NCBI RefSeq assembly: GCF_035084215.1
Contig: NC_090335.1
Location: 13,144,001 to 13,208,000 of the forward strand
Direction of reading: 5' to 3'
Source: Heptranchias perlo
Lineage: Eukaryota
DNA length: 64,000 bases
A program made the position numbers and the translations under genes. Shown here piece by piece: positions 48,751-61,637 of this stretch (position 1 is its first letter; every line of letters starts with the position of its first letter). A model generated the notes under the pieces. It saw only the letters and a program-made list of their open reading frames with translations. It was not told the DNA's origin and made no database searches.

Positions 48751-51385
48751 GTAAGCAAATCTTTTAAGCTGGCTCACAATAAGAGGCAGCTATCCTCTTA
48801 CTCCATGGCAATGTATAGTGAGATTAAAAGGGTTTCTCGAAGAATGACCATCTATTATTTAGACATGACTCTCAAAAAGAAACCTTTGAGGTGACGGTGG
48901 GAATTGTGAAGGAACTCTCTTCAATGGGAAAGACGAAAGCTTCAGGGAATTCTTTCAGTAGGAGTAAGGTAAAAAGATCACTGCCCTTTGCAAAGCATAC
49001 AATGACATATTAGCATGAAATCCATCTGCATAACATCTTAGCATGGTTACTAGCACGGTACCTGTTTACTGTGCAACGGTATTAAGTTTAAGTGCATTGG
49101 GACCATTTTTAAGAGTTTTCCACCAGTTTGCTAGGGTCTATGCAGATTTTTTTCGAAGTTGTGTATTCAAATTTTGATCAGGTTGCTATTGTGGGTATCA
49201 CTGTGTAAAATCTTGCCCAAAACAACATTGTAAACTTGCATGGACAGTTCAGGCCCATCTGCCACGTTGGCTATGATTTCTGTCAATAGATTGAGTGACC
49301 TTAAAAACAGGTCACTGTGGGCACCAAAATGGCGGCAATATCGAGTACGCTTATTTGTAAATTAGCTTGCAATAATTTGCACTTAAAAACATTAAGGTTA
49401 GAGTTTGTTAGATTGTGTGTAGAGGCCAAAGTTTGCTGTTTCTGAAGATGTCTGATTTGAAGTAAATGGGAAGAATGGATGTGTGGATATATGTTTAAGT
49501 TGTTTTGCCTGCTGTCCAAGTTCCTCAGTAGCCTGTGGGATACAGTTCCCTAACCATCACAGATAAAACCTTCACTTGGGCGTGCATGTTCATGTGGCAT
49601 AGATCTATTGATCAATATTATTTTCTTTTAGATTTGTTTTGTCTTGCCATTGTAAGAGTGACAGCGATTTGAACATCTCACATTTACACGAACCATGCTT
49701 GTCTCACTCCTGTATAGACCATTAAAGCTGTACCGTGTGTTTCAATTTGTGGCTGCTATGCCTGTTGATTGATAAATACCAATCCAGTGAATAGTGACTT
49801 AATTAGAAATCATTGAGCCAGAAATTTCCTTATAGGAATATGACATCATTTATTTTGACTACTCACTAGTCACACAATTTCATTTAAAAATGTGTTCATC
49901 ACTGATGTCCTTTTTAGGGCAATGAGGGAAGGAAAGGCAGCTTAAGGTTAGCTTTATCTGTCCCCTATATCAAAAGGTCCCATTAGCAGGAGGTCTAATT
50001 TTGAAATGTAAAATATCTATTGTTATTACCCACTGTTAGACCTCCTTCAATTCTGGATTTACACTTTTAGCAATGGCTCACTGATGGTGCATTTCTCTAT
50101 AGAATCCATATTGGCATAAGGATGAATATTGTTATTGAATTGTTTGCAATCTGATAACTTGGTGCTGAATGCAGTGCTTCATTAAAGAAAGTAAAATGAT
50201 AATTACAGTCTGGCATGGCCCAGAAGCTATCTCCCAGTTAAATTCTTCTGCTTTGAATTTTGTGAAACTTGTTATTAATGATTAGCCGTCATCTCCAGCA
50301 TGTTTTGGAAAAGTAAGGGAATATCATCGGGATTTTTGGCACTTTTAACTGTTTTCGATCAATTCAAGTAGAGGGAACAAATCTGCAAATTGCACATTAG
50401 AAATGCTCATGATGAGTACTGAACATACAGGGGAAAAAAAACTAGAAATGAGATGGTAACATTCTAGGTACCAGCTTGCCTTTGCAGTTTAAGTGGATTT
50501 GTTTTCCGTTGTTGTCTTCAAGGTGGGAGTTTAGGAGCTGGGGAATGAACTACTTTACATTCTGATATGCAATGTAGCATAGGCCGTGTCTGTGGACAGC
50601 AAAGACTCCCTCTAATCTACCCCAAACTGTGTTCTAACCCAGTCTCAGAAAAGCATTTTCTGCTGCACCAGTATCCATTTCCCACACCAGTCATTCTTGT
50701 AGCCTCTCTGAACGAAATTATGGCTAGTTTTGTGCTGTGGACCCTTGACCTCTAGGAACTTAATTTAGATTGGCCAAGCGCAGTTGAGTAGAGGGTCAAA
50801 CTCTCATCCCATCAGTCTAGGCTGTATTCAGATAAGTTCCCAGAGGTGAATGGACAGTGTGGAAATACGCCATTGAGTCTTCGAAATGTGGGAGTGACTT
50901 GTACATTGACGTTCCTTTAAATTAAAGAAACAGTCATATGTAGCACAGAATATTTGGTTGTAGGACTCTCCAGACAATGAGATTACAAATCTCTGCATTG
51001 CCAGCGGGGAGAGGCCAGGGTAAAATATCAGTGTGTCTGAGCCAGGTTGCTTTTGTGCACCTTCTAGCTGCTTAATAAAGAGCACAACATTGGAAGAGGG
51101 GAAGGGAAGAAAGTGGAAAAAGTGACAGACATGAAAGTAGGAGAGTAAATTGTCTACAAGTATGATGGTCTGAATTTACCGCAATTGTTAATGAATGAGT
51201 AACTGTAAGGAATTCTCCAAATGGAAGAGTGGAATGGACCAGGTAGAGGGAGGTTAATTTTCTAATGCACCCTGTTGAATATTTGTCATTAGGTAAGTAA
51301 TTCATTTTTTGAAATATTTTTCGAGCTAGTTATGATCATGGCGCTTATCATAATTTCCCTGTTAAAGCAACAGGGACTGAGTACG

Positions 51386-51650
51386 CTGGCCTTTCATCTG
51401 AGACCCGAGTTTGATTTCAGCCCGGACTGGGTCAAAGTTGCCTTTTCCCCGTGGCTATGTGAATGAGTTTGACCGGTCTTAATCAGTTCTTAGTGAACGT
51501 GTGCCACAAAACTAGCCCTAATTAGGCAATAATTTATATTGCCCATTGAGAGAGAATGCAGAATGGCTGGCTTAAGACTGATGCAGTAGAAGGTGCTTTC
51601 TGAGGTTAGGATCAAGGCCCATTTGTTTTGGTCAGCTGGGTATCTAACAC
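51386..51650 (+). mobile_element. LF-SINE-related element
   Basis: Colinear blocks gcctttcatct..gacc..gtt.gat.tcagccc, gtggctatgtgaatgagtt, cagttcttagtg, cacaaaac, aattaggcaataatt, ggttaggatcaaggcccatt resemble the LF-SINE consensus as I recall it. Confidence 0.6.
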
Positions 51651-52234
51651 CATGCTTGAGTCTCAAACCAAATGACTGAGAAATCAACAGAGATGGAATT
51701 TCTGTTTGACTGAAATGAGATGTACGCTTTCTTCAGTGGGGATGCATCCCACTCACCTAAACCAGAAAGTATAGTCACAGGTTGGTGGAACCTAAGCTTA
51801 GGCACCCCCAGTTATGTGTTAAATCACAAAGCCTTTCTGCATGGAGAGCACTGGTAAACTTCCTGCTACTTGCCCAGCGAGGACCTCCCAACCTATTAGT
51901 GATTTGCCTTGCAGTTATCTAGAGCTGAGTGGGAGGAATCCCTTCACCGATGATGGTTAACCCCTTCAGGATCCATTAGTAAGCCAGACTGGCTTGTCAG
52001 TGATCAGCAGTGTCCTGAAGTGCTGTAGATATGGCTGGCTCAGGTATTAGATTAGCAAGTTTGCCACAGAAAAAAATGACTCGGTTCTGAACTTCCATTG
52101 AGGGGTGAGTCATCTTGAAGCCACCTCAATCCCAAAGAGACTCTGCTTACTTCCTCTTCCTCCTCGCCACCCCCCCTGCCCCTCCCAAAAGAGGATAGTT
52201 ACTAGTTGATCAAGGCACTTCCAGTGTCTGGGTT

Positions 52235-53185
52235 TATGCCTGACGCACAGAAAGATGGCCATGGTTATCAGAGACCAATCAGTCATCGCAGTTCCAGGAA
52301 TTCCTCAGGGAGCCGCCCTCTGCATAACCGTTTTAAGTTACTTCATCAGTGATCTTTCCTCCATCATAAGGCCAGGAGTGCGGTGTTCATTCATGATTCC
52401 ACAGTGGCAATCTTCATTCACAACTCCTATGATAATGAAGCAAGTCCTGGACGGCATCCAGGCTTGGGCTGATGTGTCAAGTAACATTGGTATCACGTTA
52501 TCAGCAACAAGAAAAGCCCAACCACTTCCCCTGACCTTCAGTGGTACCACCAATACTGAGTCCTTCACCATCAATATCTTGGCAGTTTCTGTTGACTGGA
52601 AGCTTAACCAGACCAACCTTATCAATGCTGTGGCTGCAAAAGCAGGGCAGTGACTGGGCACTCTGCAATGAGTGGCTCATCTGATTCCTCAAAGCAATTC
52701 TACCATCTACAAGGCTCGGGTAAGGAGGGTAATGGAGTAGACACCACTCACCTGGATTGCTACAGCCCTGACAACACTCAAGAAGATCGACACCATCCAG
52801 GACATAGCTGCTTGCTTGATTGGCAACCCCACCATTAGACTTAATATCTACTTCCTCCACCAGAAGCACACTGTGAATGCAGTATGTACTACCTATAGGA
52901 TGGCCTGCATCAACTCATCAAGCTTACTGCAACAGCACCTCCCAGCCCCAGTGAGAATGTCAAGATCAGCAGGATCATGAGCACACCATTACTTCACGGT
53001 TCCCCGCCAAGTCACACACCTTCAAAATGTTGCAATTCCTGCCCTAACACCATTTTAGGAGCACCATCACCACAAGGACTGCAGCATTTCGAGGAAAAGG
53101 CCAACTGCTACCTTCTCGGGGCACTAGGGATGGGCAACAAATGCGGCCTTGTCAGTGTCACCCACATCCCGAGAACAAAAAAGAA
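52235..53185 (+). mobile_element. Non-LTR retrotransposon 3' portion (family B)
   Basis: ORF with GIPQGAAL...FISDL; tail ggactgcagc...ccttctc...agggatgggcaacaaatgc...cccacatccc followed by an A-rich end. Confidence 0.8.
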
Positions 53186-53419
53186 GCAGCGCATTGTCAT
53201 GGCAGGATGAAGATAGAATTACTGTGCATCTAATAATACTTCAGTTGGCCTGGAAGTGGTTGATGCAACACCGGGTGCCTAAAATGGAAATATGTAATTT
53301 TGCAGTAGTGACATCCCTCAGCTTGATTAGAAGCAAAAAAAAAATGTTGGGACTGGGTGTGCAAGTCAAAACCTTTTTCTCAAAAGGTCTCTTTCTCTCC
53401 TTTTGCACTCCTACGTTTT

Positions 53420-54047
53420 AGAAACATAGGAACAGGAGTAGGCCATTTAGCCCCTCGAGCCTGTTCCACCATTCTATTAGATCATGGCTGATCTGCATCG
53501 TAACTCCATTTACCCGCCATTTCTCCATATCCCTTGATATTACAGGAAAGATTGTATTGTACTGGAGAGGGTGCCAGGACTGGAGAATTTTAGCTATGAG
53601 GAAAGATTGGATAGGCTGGGGTTGTTTTCTTTGGAACAGAGGCGGCAGAGGGGAGATTTAATTGAGGTGTGTAAAATTATGTGTAAAATTATGAGGGGCC
53701 TAGATAGAGTGGATAGGAAGGACCTATTTCCCTTAGCAGAGAGGTCAGTGACCAGGGGGCATAGACTTAAAGTAATTGGTAGAAGGATTAGAGGGGAGTT
53801 GAGGAGAACTTTTTTCACCCAGAGGGTGGTGGGGGTCTGGAACTCACTGCCTGAAAGGGTGGTAGAGGCAGAAACTATTTTTACATTTAAAAAGTACTTG
53901 GATGTGCTCTTGAAGTGCTGTGACCTACAAGGCTATGGACCAAGAGCTTGAAAGTGAGATTAAGCTGGATAGCTCTTTTTTGGGCAGCACAGACACGATG
54001 GGCCGAATGGCCTCCTTCTGTGCTGTAAATTTTTGTGATTCTATGAT
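53420..54047 (+). mobile_element. Young CR1 3' end (53540-54047, +) fused back-to-back with a minus-strand CR1 tail (53420-53538)
   Basis: ORF 53571..53951 PGLENFSYEERLDRLGLFSLEQRRQRGDLIEV...FFTQRVVGVWNSLP; ends in ttctatgatt-type repeats. Confidence 0.9.
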
Positions 54048-54398
54048 TAGCACGTTAGCACACAGCAGGCTTTGGGTAGCTTTTCTCATATTTGCATTGT
54101 GCGACAATGTAGTAATTGGTAGTGGCAGAAAGTTAACTGCATGATTTGATTTGTATTTTTCAACAGCTAACAATTTTTTTTCTTCCATCTGTTTTGTGTT
54201 GTGTGTGCTCCTTCACGTTTTTTTTTGTCCTTTTTAATCTTGAATTTCCCGGTACGATCTTGTATCGATTCACATTAAACTCACAATGGCTGCCACTGGT
54301 GCTTAAATTCTGATCTTTGACTTTCCTGATCCACTTGGCATTTGTCCAATGCTTCTTGGACCTGCTTTGAATCTACTTTATGCCCTTGCCACTTTCAG

Positions 54399-54515
54399 TC
54401 CGAGCCAACTCTCTTTCTTTGGACTCCCCTCCTCCCTCCTTCAGAAAGTTGACACAGGCACACATAGAGGAACGCAACATCGTAACTACCCCAAAGGAAG
54501 AAGACAAAAGTGATG
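54399..54515 (+). CDS. LRCH1: LRCH1 exon 17 (probable cassette): VRANSLSLDSPPPSFRKLTQAHIEERNIVTTPKEEDKSD
   Basis: actttcag| acceptor, |gtatgt donor, 117 nt, phase 1 to 1; PPPSFRKLTQA resembles the optional mammalian segment PPISFNTLTQA. Confidence 0.8.
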
Positions 54516-57500
54516 GTATGTGTGTTGGCAGTCAATGTCTAAGATTATGTATTGGTACTTTTACTTTAATGAAGTAACTCCATTTTTATATAAAATAAAA
54601 AAATACACGCACACACATACACTGCATTCAAGCACATAATCAAGATAATTCTAGAATGAAACTTGGTTCCAAAGTAGTTTAGGCTTAAATTCACTCCTAT
54701 TGGACTCTGTGTGTAGGGGGAGCCGACAGAGCTTCTGTTTTCAAGTGATGTGATCTGCCCATTGGTTGATGGATTGAAGTAGGCGGTGTAAAACTATTGA
54801 CCCACTTCCACTTCAAAATGTATCGAACAGTTTAAAGTTGCCGATGTTTCAGGGAAGCCCACAGCATGTTTACAGATTGGCTTATAAAACGGAGCCTGTG
54901 TAAAAGGTTAGTTGTGAAACTGAGCACAGCGAGACCTTTCTTAAAGTTGGGTGGGTGCCAGGTAATTTTAACTTTCTGCCGCATTTAATTCAATTATTGT
55001 GGGATTACATGAGGGATGATAGTTATTTTGACTGTTATTGGAGCAGAGAAAAATATAGCCATACACAGGGATGGGTATTGTTATTGAATGGATTGTCTTA
55101 AAGAGGAACAAGGAAGTCTGCCCAGGGTTGGGGTCTGTCATTCCAATCCAAGAAAATTTTTACTCTTCTTGATCATGGAAGCTAGGGAAGCAAACCTTTA
55201 GGGCATCTAGAAATGTCAGACGTGGTATTTATCTTTAGAGTTAGTGATGGTGTTCCTAGTACATATTTAGATGGTTTAATATGTTGCAGAAGAGATTTTG
55301 GCTTGCCTTTTGTATTGGATGGGAATGTCTGAAGTTTGATGGATGAATTTGTTGTTTCTTTCTGCTGTGATCCACAATTTGAATGCGTAATGTTCCAATG
55401 ACCTTTCCTTGTACTCTGTGTTTCCATTTATTTGCTGATACAACTTTAAAATGATCACCTGTGAATGAAAGGATAACATTTATATGTAGAATATGTGAAA
55501 TGTATATGTGTGACAATAAAGGCCTTTGTGCGTAGGGATTACTGTTGAAGGAAATGTTCTGTTTTTCATTTTATATTTTAAGGGAAAAGCAGATAAATAT
55601 TTGAAGCATAGTATGTTACAGGGAGAGAACAGGCCAATGGGATTAGTTTAGGATTGCTATAGCACATCATGCTGAATGGCCTACTCCTGTTCCTATGTGC
55701 CTACCCTTCAGCAGTCCCTTGCTAGGTTCACATGAAGTGTGGCCTTCTTTGATAATGTGCTAGAGAACTGCTGGTGTCCTCTGGACAGTGTCAGTCACCC
55801 TGTCCAGAAAAGAAGTGCAGGAAATTATAAAAACAACCTTCTTTCCAGCCAGAAACTATAAGAACATTTGGTTCCTTTAGATTCAGATGGACCTTCTCCC
55901 TTGTGTTCCCTGGATGATCTGTCGTCCTGTGCCATACCCTCGTGTTGCTGACGTCCCTGCCTTTTGTGCCCCTTCACTTTCTCGAGGTTTCAGAATTTAC
56001 TGCAGCTACTGAACACTTTCAGCTTATAGGGAGTGGATCAGAGCAAGTTTCCACTCACCATCACAGAACTTTGATCTTTCACTAAGTTATCAGCATGACC
56101 TGGGCAGTTTCCGTTCAATAGATATTATTCTTCCTCTTGGTCGTTTCAAGTTTAAGCCTGTGATCTGTTGCCTCGAGTATTTAAAAGGATGCTGTGGAGG
56201 GCAGCTATTAAAGCCAGGTTTTGACACTTGAGACCTATGAAATTTCAAAATTGTCAACAATTATCTTCACAAATTGCGATACCTCTGCCTTCATTGATTT
56301 TCCCACCCTAAGCATTATTTCTGTAGGTCTTTAATTGTCGATACATGGTTTGACTGTGAAAGTTAATGTTTCAACACATTGTGCATTTCAACCAGCTTTC
56401 AAAGTTTTACTGGCTATGTTCTAATGAGCCACTTTTGTAGAAAACCGATTGTTCCCTTTGACTACCTGTTCTAGTTCATCGTAAGTAATATTGAGTTTGC
56501 TGTTTCCATTTCCCTCAACATTCTCCTTCCCTTCATGGAGCTAGTCAGAGGCAAGTAATAGTAGAGAAGTTAGCCTCGGGATAGCATGGCTACCTTCAGG
56601 TTTCTAGGCCTGAAACTTTCCTGCCGATTGTATTTTTGGCTGTGACTTGAAAGTGTGTGCAGGCCAAGAGTCATTGAGAAGCATGATGTTAAGAACTAAA
56701 GAGGGGTGCAAAAATCCTTCACTGTAGACCTTTTTAACTAATACTTAGGTGGATTGTAGCATTTGGGAATCTCTTCCTTTGATGCACCACATTGCCTCTT
56801 AAATACATATCATTTAGACAGACTGTTTTTCTTCATTTTCCCTTCTGATTGATTCAGTTGTTCTATGTCCCACCCATCCTGACCTCCAGATGTGCTAGAC
56901 TGTCAGAAGCTCCTCCTGGTAACACTCTCAGAGGAGGGGTATAGCTAAGATGCAGGACTATCGTAATTGCCCAGCCTGTTCTCTATGTAGGGTACAGAGT
57001 TTTTCAAGCATGGGGGAAGGCTCGGATAGCCCCAACTTGTGTCCCCCTCCTTCGTACAAGTTTGCGTTCTGGTGTGTCTAGATCCATGACTGTAATTCCT
57101 GCAGTTTGAAATTATTAAAAGCTTTGAACAGAGATGTAGGATTGTGGAGAGTGACTAATCAGGAGCAGATGGAGAGATGTGGGATCAGAAAGTGCAGCGT
57201 CAGGAACAAAAATGGGAAGGACACTGTGAACTGGAGCAAGGGTATACCTACAACCTAGAAAATAGACTCAAAGAAGCTAACCACTTGAAAACAGCCCTAT
57301 GTGTATGTCTATCCCTGGGTCGTCTTTTAAAAGGGAAGTGGATGAATATTTGAAAAGAGAAAGGGCGGGGGATTGGGAATAATGGATAGTTCTCTCAGAG
57401 AGATGGCACAGACACAATGGGCCGAACAGCTTCCTGTGCTATCTGATTCTGTGATTCGTTGGGTTCCAGCTGATGCTGTTCTTTTAGAGTAATACATGAG

Positions 57501-57904
57501 CAGATGAGATTTCACAACTCACTTATTAAGCTTCCTTAGGGTTAAAATCGAACTTGTAACTGAAAGGGGAAAAATTATACCACACCCCTCATCTTGTTTT
57601 AAAACCGATCAAGACCTTCTGGAGCTTATTGTCCTTTCTCCCTCTCCAGCGTGAGCCTTGATTGGTCCTATCCTGCTGAGGGGATGCCACATGACTTGTC
57701 GCACACGTGACCATGTTTAAAGCTGAGCCATGGGTGGTCCCATAGGGTGCAAGAACTTGTTAGTTTGATGAGGGACTGCTCAGATCTAACTCCATACTGA
57801 AATTGAAACAAAGAGGACGCTGGGTCCAAAAGTTAACCTCGTAAAATGTGGAATAGTTGACGCGTAGAAATAACATTTTATTAGTGGCTGATTCAGCTGA
57901 ATTG

Positions 57905-58328
57905 ACTTGCATTTATATCGTGCCTTTCACGACCTCAGGACATCCCATAGTGCTTTACGGCCAATGAAGTACTTTTGTAGTGTAGTCACTGTTGTAATGT
58001 AGGAAGCGTGGCAACCATTTTGCGCACAGCAAGCTCCCACAATGTAATGTGACAATGACAAGATAATCTGTTTTTGTGATGTTGGTTGAGGGCACTGGGG
58101 AGAACTCCCCTGCTTTTCTTCTAAATAATGCCATGGAATCTTTTACGTCCACCTGAGCGGGCAGATGGGGCCTCGGTTTAAGGTCTTATCCGAAAGGCGG
58201 CACCTCTGACAGTGCAGCACTCCACTGGAGTGTCAGCCTAGATTTTGTGCTCAAGTCCCTGGAGTGGGACTTGAACTCACAACCTTGTGACTCAGAGGCA
58301 AGAGTGCTACCACTGAGCCATGGCTGAC
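57905..58328 (-). mobile_element. Deu-domain SINE (SacSINE1-like), near full length
   Basis: Colinear with 7091-7517. Confidence 0.8.
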
Positions 58329-58590
58329 TTCCACCGCCTGCTTGGTAAGACAGAAATATATTTAGCTTTTTAAGGTGGAAGGGATCTAACGGAGAAAGCT
58401 CATTGTGTGCTGGCTGTTGTACAGGATGTCTTCTGACTGATGAATGAGGAGCCACTCTAGTGGGATACTTGTTGGTAAATTGCACTCGACGGAGAGCATC
58501 TAAAGTGAAATACAGGAATTAGTAGGAAAGGCGGATTGTGGCAGATCATCTTCATAACTTGTGAAGTTTTATGTCCTTTGTTTTCAACAG

Positions 58591-58700
58591 TTTTCTTCCG
58601 GTCAGCGCGGCATTTCGACTCCGTGGATCCTCAATTTACAATCCGGAGAAAAATGGAACAAATGAGAGAGGAAAAAGAACATATAGAACAACTCCGGGAG
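58591..58700 (+). CDS. LRCH1: LRCH1 exon 18: VFFRSARHFDSVDPQFTIRRKMEQMREEKEHIEQLRE
   Basis: ttttcaacag| acceptor, GAG|gtgaga donor, 110 nt, phase 1 to 0. Confidence 0.95.
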
Positions 58701-59242
58701 GTGAGATGATAACATGGCTGCGTATACAAATATTTTGGCTCAAGATATGGGGCTCTATTTTAGCACCCATCGGGTGCGTTCCTGGCGGGGGGGCTCCGAA
58801 AATCGGGGAATCCCGGAGCGGGTCGGGAGCCCGGCTCCAACCCGCCCACTTCCGGGTTCCCCACAGACGCGCCGACGTGGGCGCGCAGCCCCCGCACGTG
58901 GGAATCCCGCAGGCAATTAAAGCCAGCGGTGTGCCACTTAAAAGTATTTATTGTGCTATTTCAGGTCATTAACAGACCTGATTAAGGGAATATGTGAGGA
59001 GGGGTGGGATTTTAGAAACAACTGGGACTGTTTCCCGTACTGGGGGAAACACTCCCAGTTCAAATGGACGTGTTGCAGCCATCAACCTGTGGCAGCTGCA
59101 AAGGTCCATTTGACAGGTGGTGGGGAGACCCTCACTCATTGCAGGAGGCCACTCTGTCACTTTGGACAAAGTTTGGCCTCCACCACCCTCCTCCTGACAA
59201 TCAAATTCACCAACTTGCACACTTACCCCGGGGTCCAGACAC

Positions 59243-59752
59243 ATGTACCTACCTTGCGGACCCCCTCAGATGTACATCTTCCGGATGGGAGCCGCCGTAG
59301 CTGCAGTCAACACCTCCTCGGAGGGCGAACAGTATCACCGGCCAAGCCATCCACCTCTGACACGTGGAGCTCCACAACAGAGTGCTGTGACACATCCACC
59401 TGCACAGCAGGAGGGAGGGCAATGGCAGAGAGAGATGCGTCGCAGGGGGCACTACCCTTGCCACAGGGTCCACAGACCGAGGCTCAGCTTCCTGGACCTC
59501 TCTGAGCAGCAGTGCACACGGAGGCTCAGAGTCACTCGACATGTAATCGTGGACATCTGCAGCCTCCTTCATGCTGAGCTGCTCCCGGCTGGCCCGAGCA
59601 CCATCTTCTTACCTGTCGCTGTCAACGTCACCACTGCCCTCAACAACTTCTCCTCCGCATCCTTCCAGGGTGCCACCGGGGACATCGCCGACGTCTCTCA
59701 GTCGTCTGCACAAAAGAGCCCTGCAAATACACCTACACCCACTTTACAGTGA
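59243..59752 (+). pseudogene. Harbinger (HARBI1-like) transposase, N-terminal part only
   Basis: RVHRPRLSFLDLSEQQCTRRLRV...LPVAVNVTTALNNFSSASFQGATGDIADVSQSSA matches the HARBI1-type N-terminal/HTH region; stops before the DDE catalytic domain. Confidence 0.85.
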
Positions 59753-60263
59753 CACAATGGGTGGCATCAGGTGTGGGTCTTCATTGTGATCCTCAGGAAA
59801 GGGCATTATTGCACAAACCAGACATGATTCGCAAAGACGTGGCAGTAGTGGTGCCAATATAATATGTGATGTGAGTTGATCAGAAATTAAATATAAGAAA
59901 AAACCATGACAAACCCTCAAACACCCTTGTGCATCCCCTTCATGCTCACAACACGTTTGCCTTCTGCTTCCTACTGCACATATGTGATGCATGCCCTTTG
60001 GCAGGTTGAGTGAGGCTGACTGTGAAAGAGATGCATGAGAGGGTGAGTATGAGATAGAGCCATGAGATTGTATGAGGATTGGGTTGAGTGGTAGTGGCGG
60101 GATGAGTACTGGCGAGGTGAGTAAGTGCAGGTAAGATGAGGATGAGGTTTGAGTGGGTGTGAGGGGTGATGTGACAGAGTAGTGTTGGCAGTGCAGAAGG
60201 AGATGTGGGGTGGGGGCGGTGATGTGGCAGACGGAGTGTAGGGGAATGAGTAAGTGTACTCAC

Positions 60264-60503
60264 TTTGTCTGACCTACTTAGCTCATTGCAGCGCCTCCTG
60301 CACTGTATGCAGGTGGGCGATATGTTGGTGGTGCAGGTGACCTCCTCTGCCACCTCGAGCCAGGCCTTCCTGGTGGCAGAGGCAGGCCGCTTCCTCCCAC
60401 CCGCCGGGGGGGAGATCTCTGTCCTCCCCCTCACCCCATCTAATGATACCTGGAGTGAGGCATCATTAAACCTGGGAGCAGCCTTCCCCCTGGGCTGCTC
60501 CAT
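60264..60503 (-). pseudogene. Harbinger Myb/SANT (trihelix) DNA-binding protein, exon 1
   Basis: MEQPRGKAAPRFNDASLQVSLDGV...KAWLEVAEEV...QCRRRCNEL, followed by a minus-strand donor |gtgagt at 60263. Confidence 0.82.
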
Positions 60504-61637
60504 GCCGTATTTTTTCCTATTTCTTGCAGCATCTGTCAGTGGAGGACTGCCCCTTTAAATAGAGCTCCTCCAGCTGACAGATCTTACTGCGCATGCGCAG
60601 TCCGCCCGACGCGCAGATCAGCAGCGGGGAACCCGGAGGACCAGGTAAGTGGATCCAATTAGGCTGCGATCGCGCGCGGGGCAGACTGATTTCACTGGAC
60701 GCGTTACCCACGCGCCCAATAGCCCCCCTGCCGTGAACCCGCAGCCCTGGCAATATCGAGCCCATGAAGGCACAGTTTATGTAGATGGTAAGATCTTAAC
60801 ATAGGTTAATTTGAAAAACAAATCAATCTACGTTGTGTGCATGCTTTGAAATGTAAAATATAGCTTAGCACACCATTACCATCGTATTATGCTTTAGAAA
60901 AGAAAATTCTCAAAACGCTAATGCATGAACTTAGTAGTCACCTTATTTGTATTGGATTGTTCTTCCATGCCATCACTTTGATGGAAAATAAGGCATTAGT
61001 TTATTATGTGCCAAAATGTCTAGTCAGAGGACCCACAATCGTATCTTGGGCCAGGCCTGCTATAACACCATGCGTGTAATAAGCTTAGTGTACTAAAAGG
61101 ATTAGTTAAGTATCCATTAAGGTTATCATAGGCATGGGAAAAGTGTATTTTTTGCCAGTTTTCTCCCCTCCTCTCTGAAAGCATAAAGCTCAACAGTGAG
61201 TGTCGTCAGCTATTTGATTGTGAGGGCATTGTAGCTGATTCAGAACGTGTCCTCACCCAATGTTTGCGCATGCAGCAGGAATCGTTGGGAGAGCATTCAG
61301 GAAAAGTGACCGTGGCCAACTTTCCCTTCTGTAATCCAGTGGTGCTGAGGCTTTTTGTAGCCTTTGCCTCTGCCCCGCCTGAGATTTAGCACTTAGCAGG
61401 ACGGAGGTGGGACCCTTTCGGTCAGTATGGCCCAGCTGCTCTAGATAAGCTTGCTGACCCACGAGGAAGCTGCTAGCAACATAATTCTTTTCAGATAAAA
61501 TGCTATTCAGTCATGGTGAAATGCGAGGTGTGATATCTTTGGACATCTGAAAAGAAGTCAATGGTGCACGCATCTTCACTTTGCATTAAATTTGAGCCAG
61601 GTGTTTCCAATAAATCTAACCGAATCTTATTCAACAG

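Larger units (their letters stand above)
58750..60763. mobile_element. PIF/Harbinger DNA transposon, internally deleted (2014 bp)
   Basis: Imperfect TIRs GGGCTCTATTTT / (rc) GGGCTCGATATT; 3-bp TSD ATG at 58747-58749 and 60764-60766; convergent transposase and Myb/SANT genes; CpG-rich ends. Confidence 0.88.

Noticed and set aside
54430-54444. Strong-looking internal acceptor cctccctccttcag in exon 17
   Set aside because: Out of frame (immediate TGA) and lies within protein-conserved coding sequence
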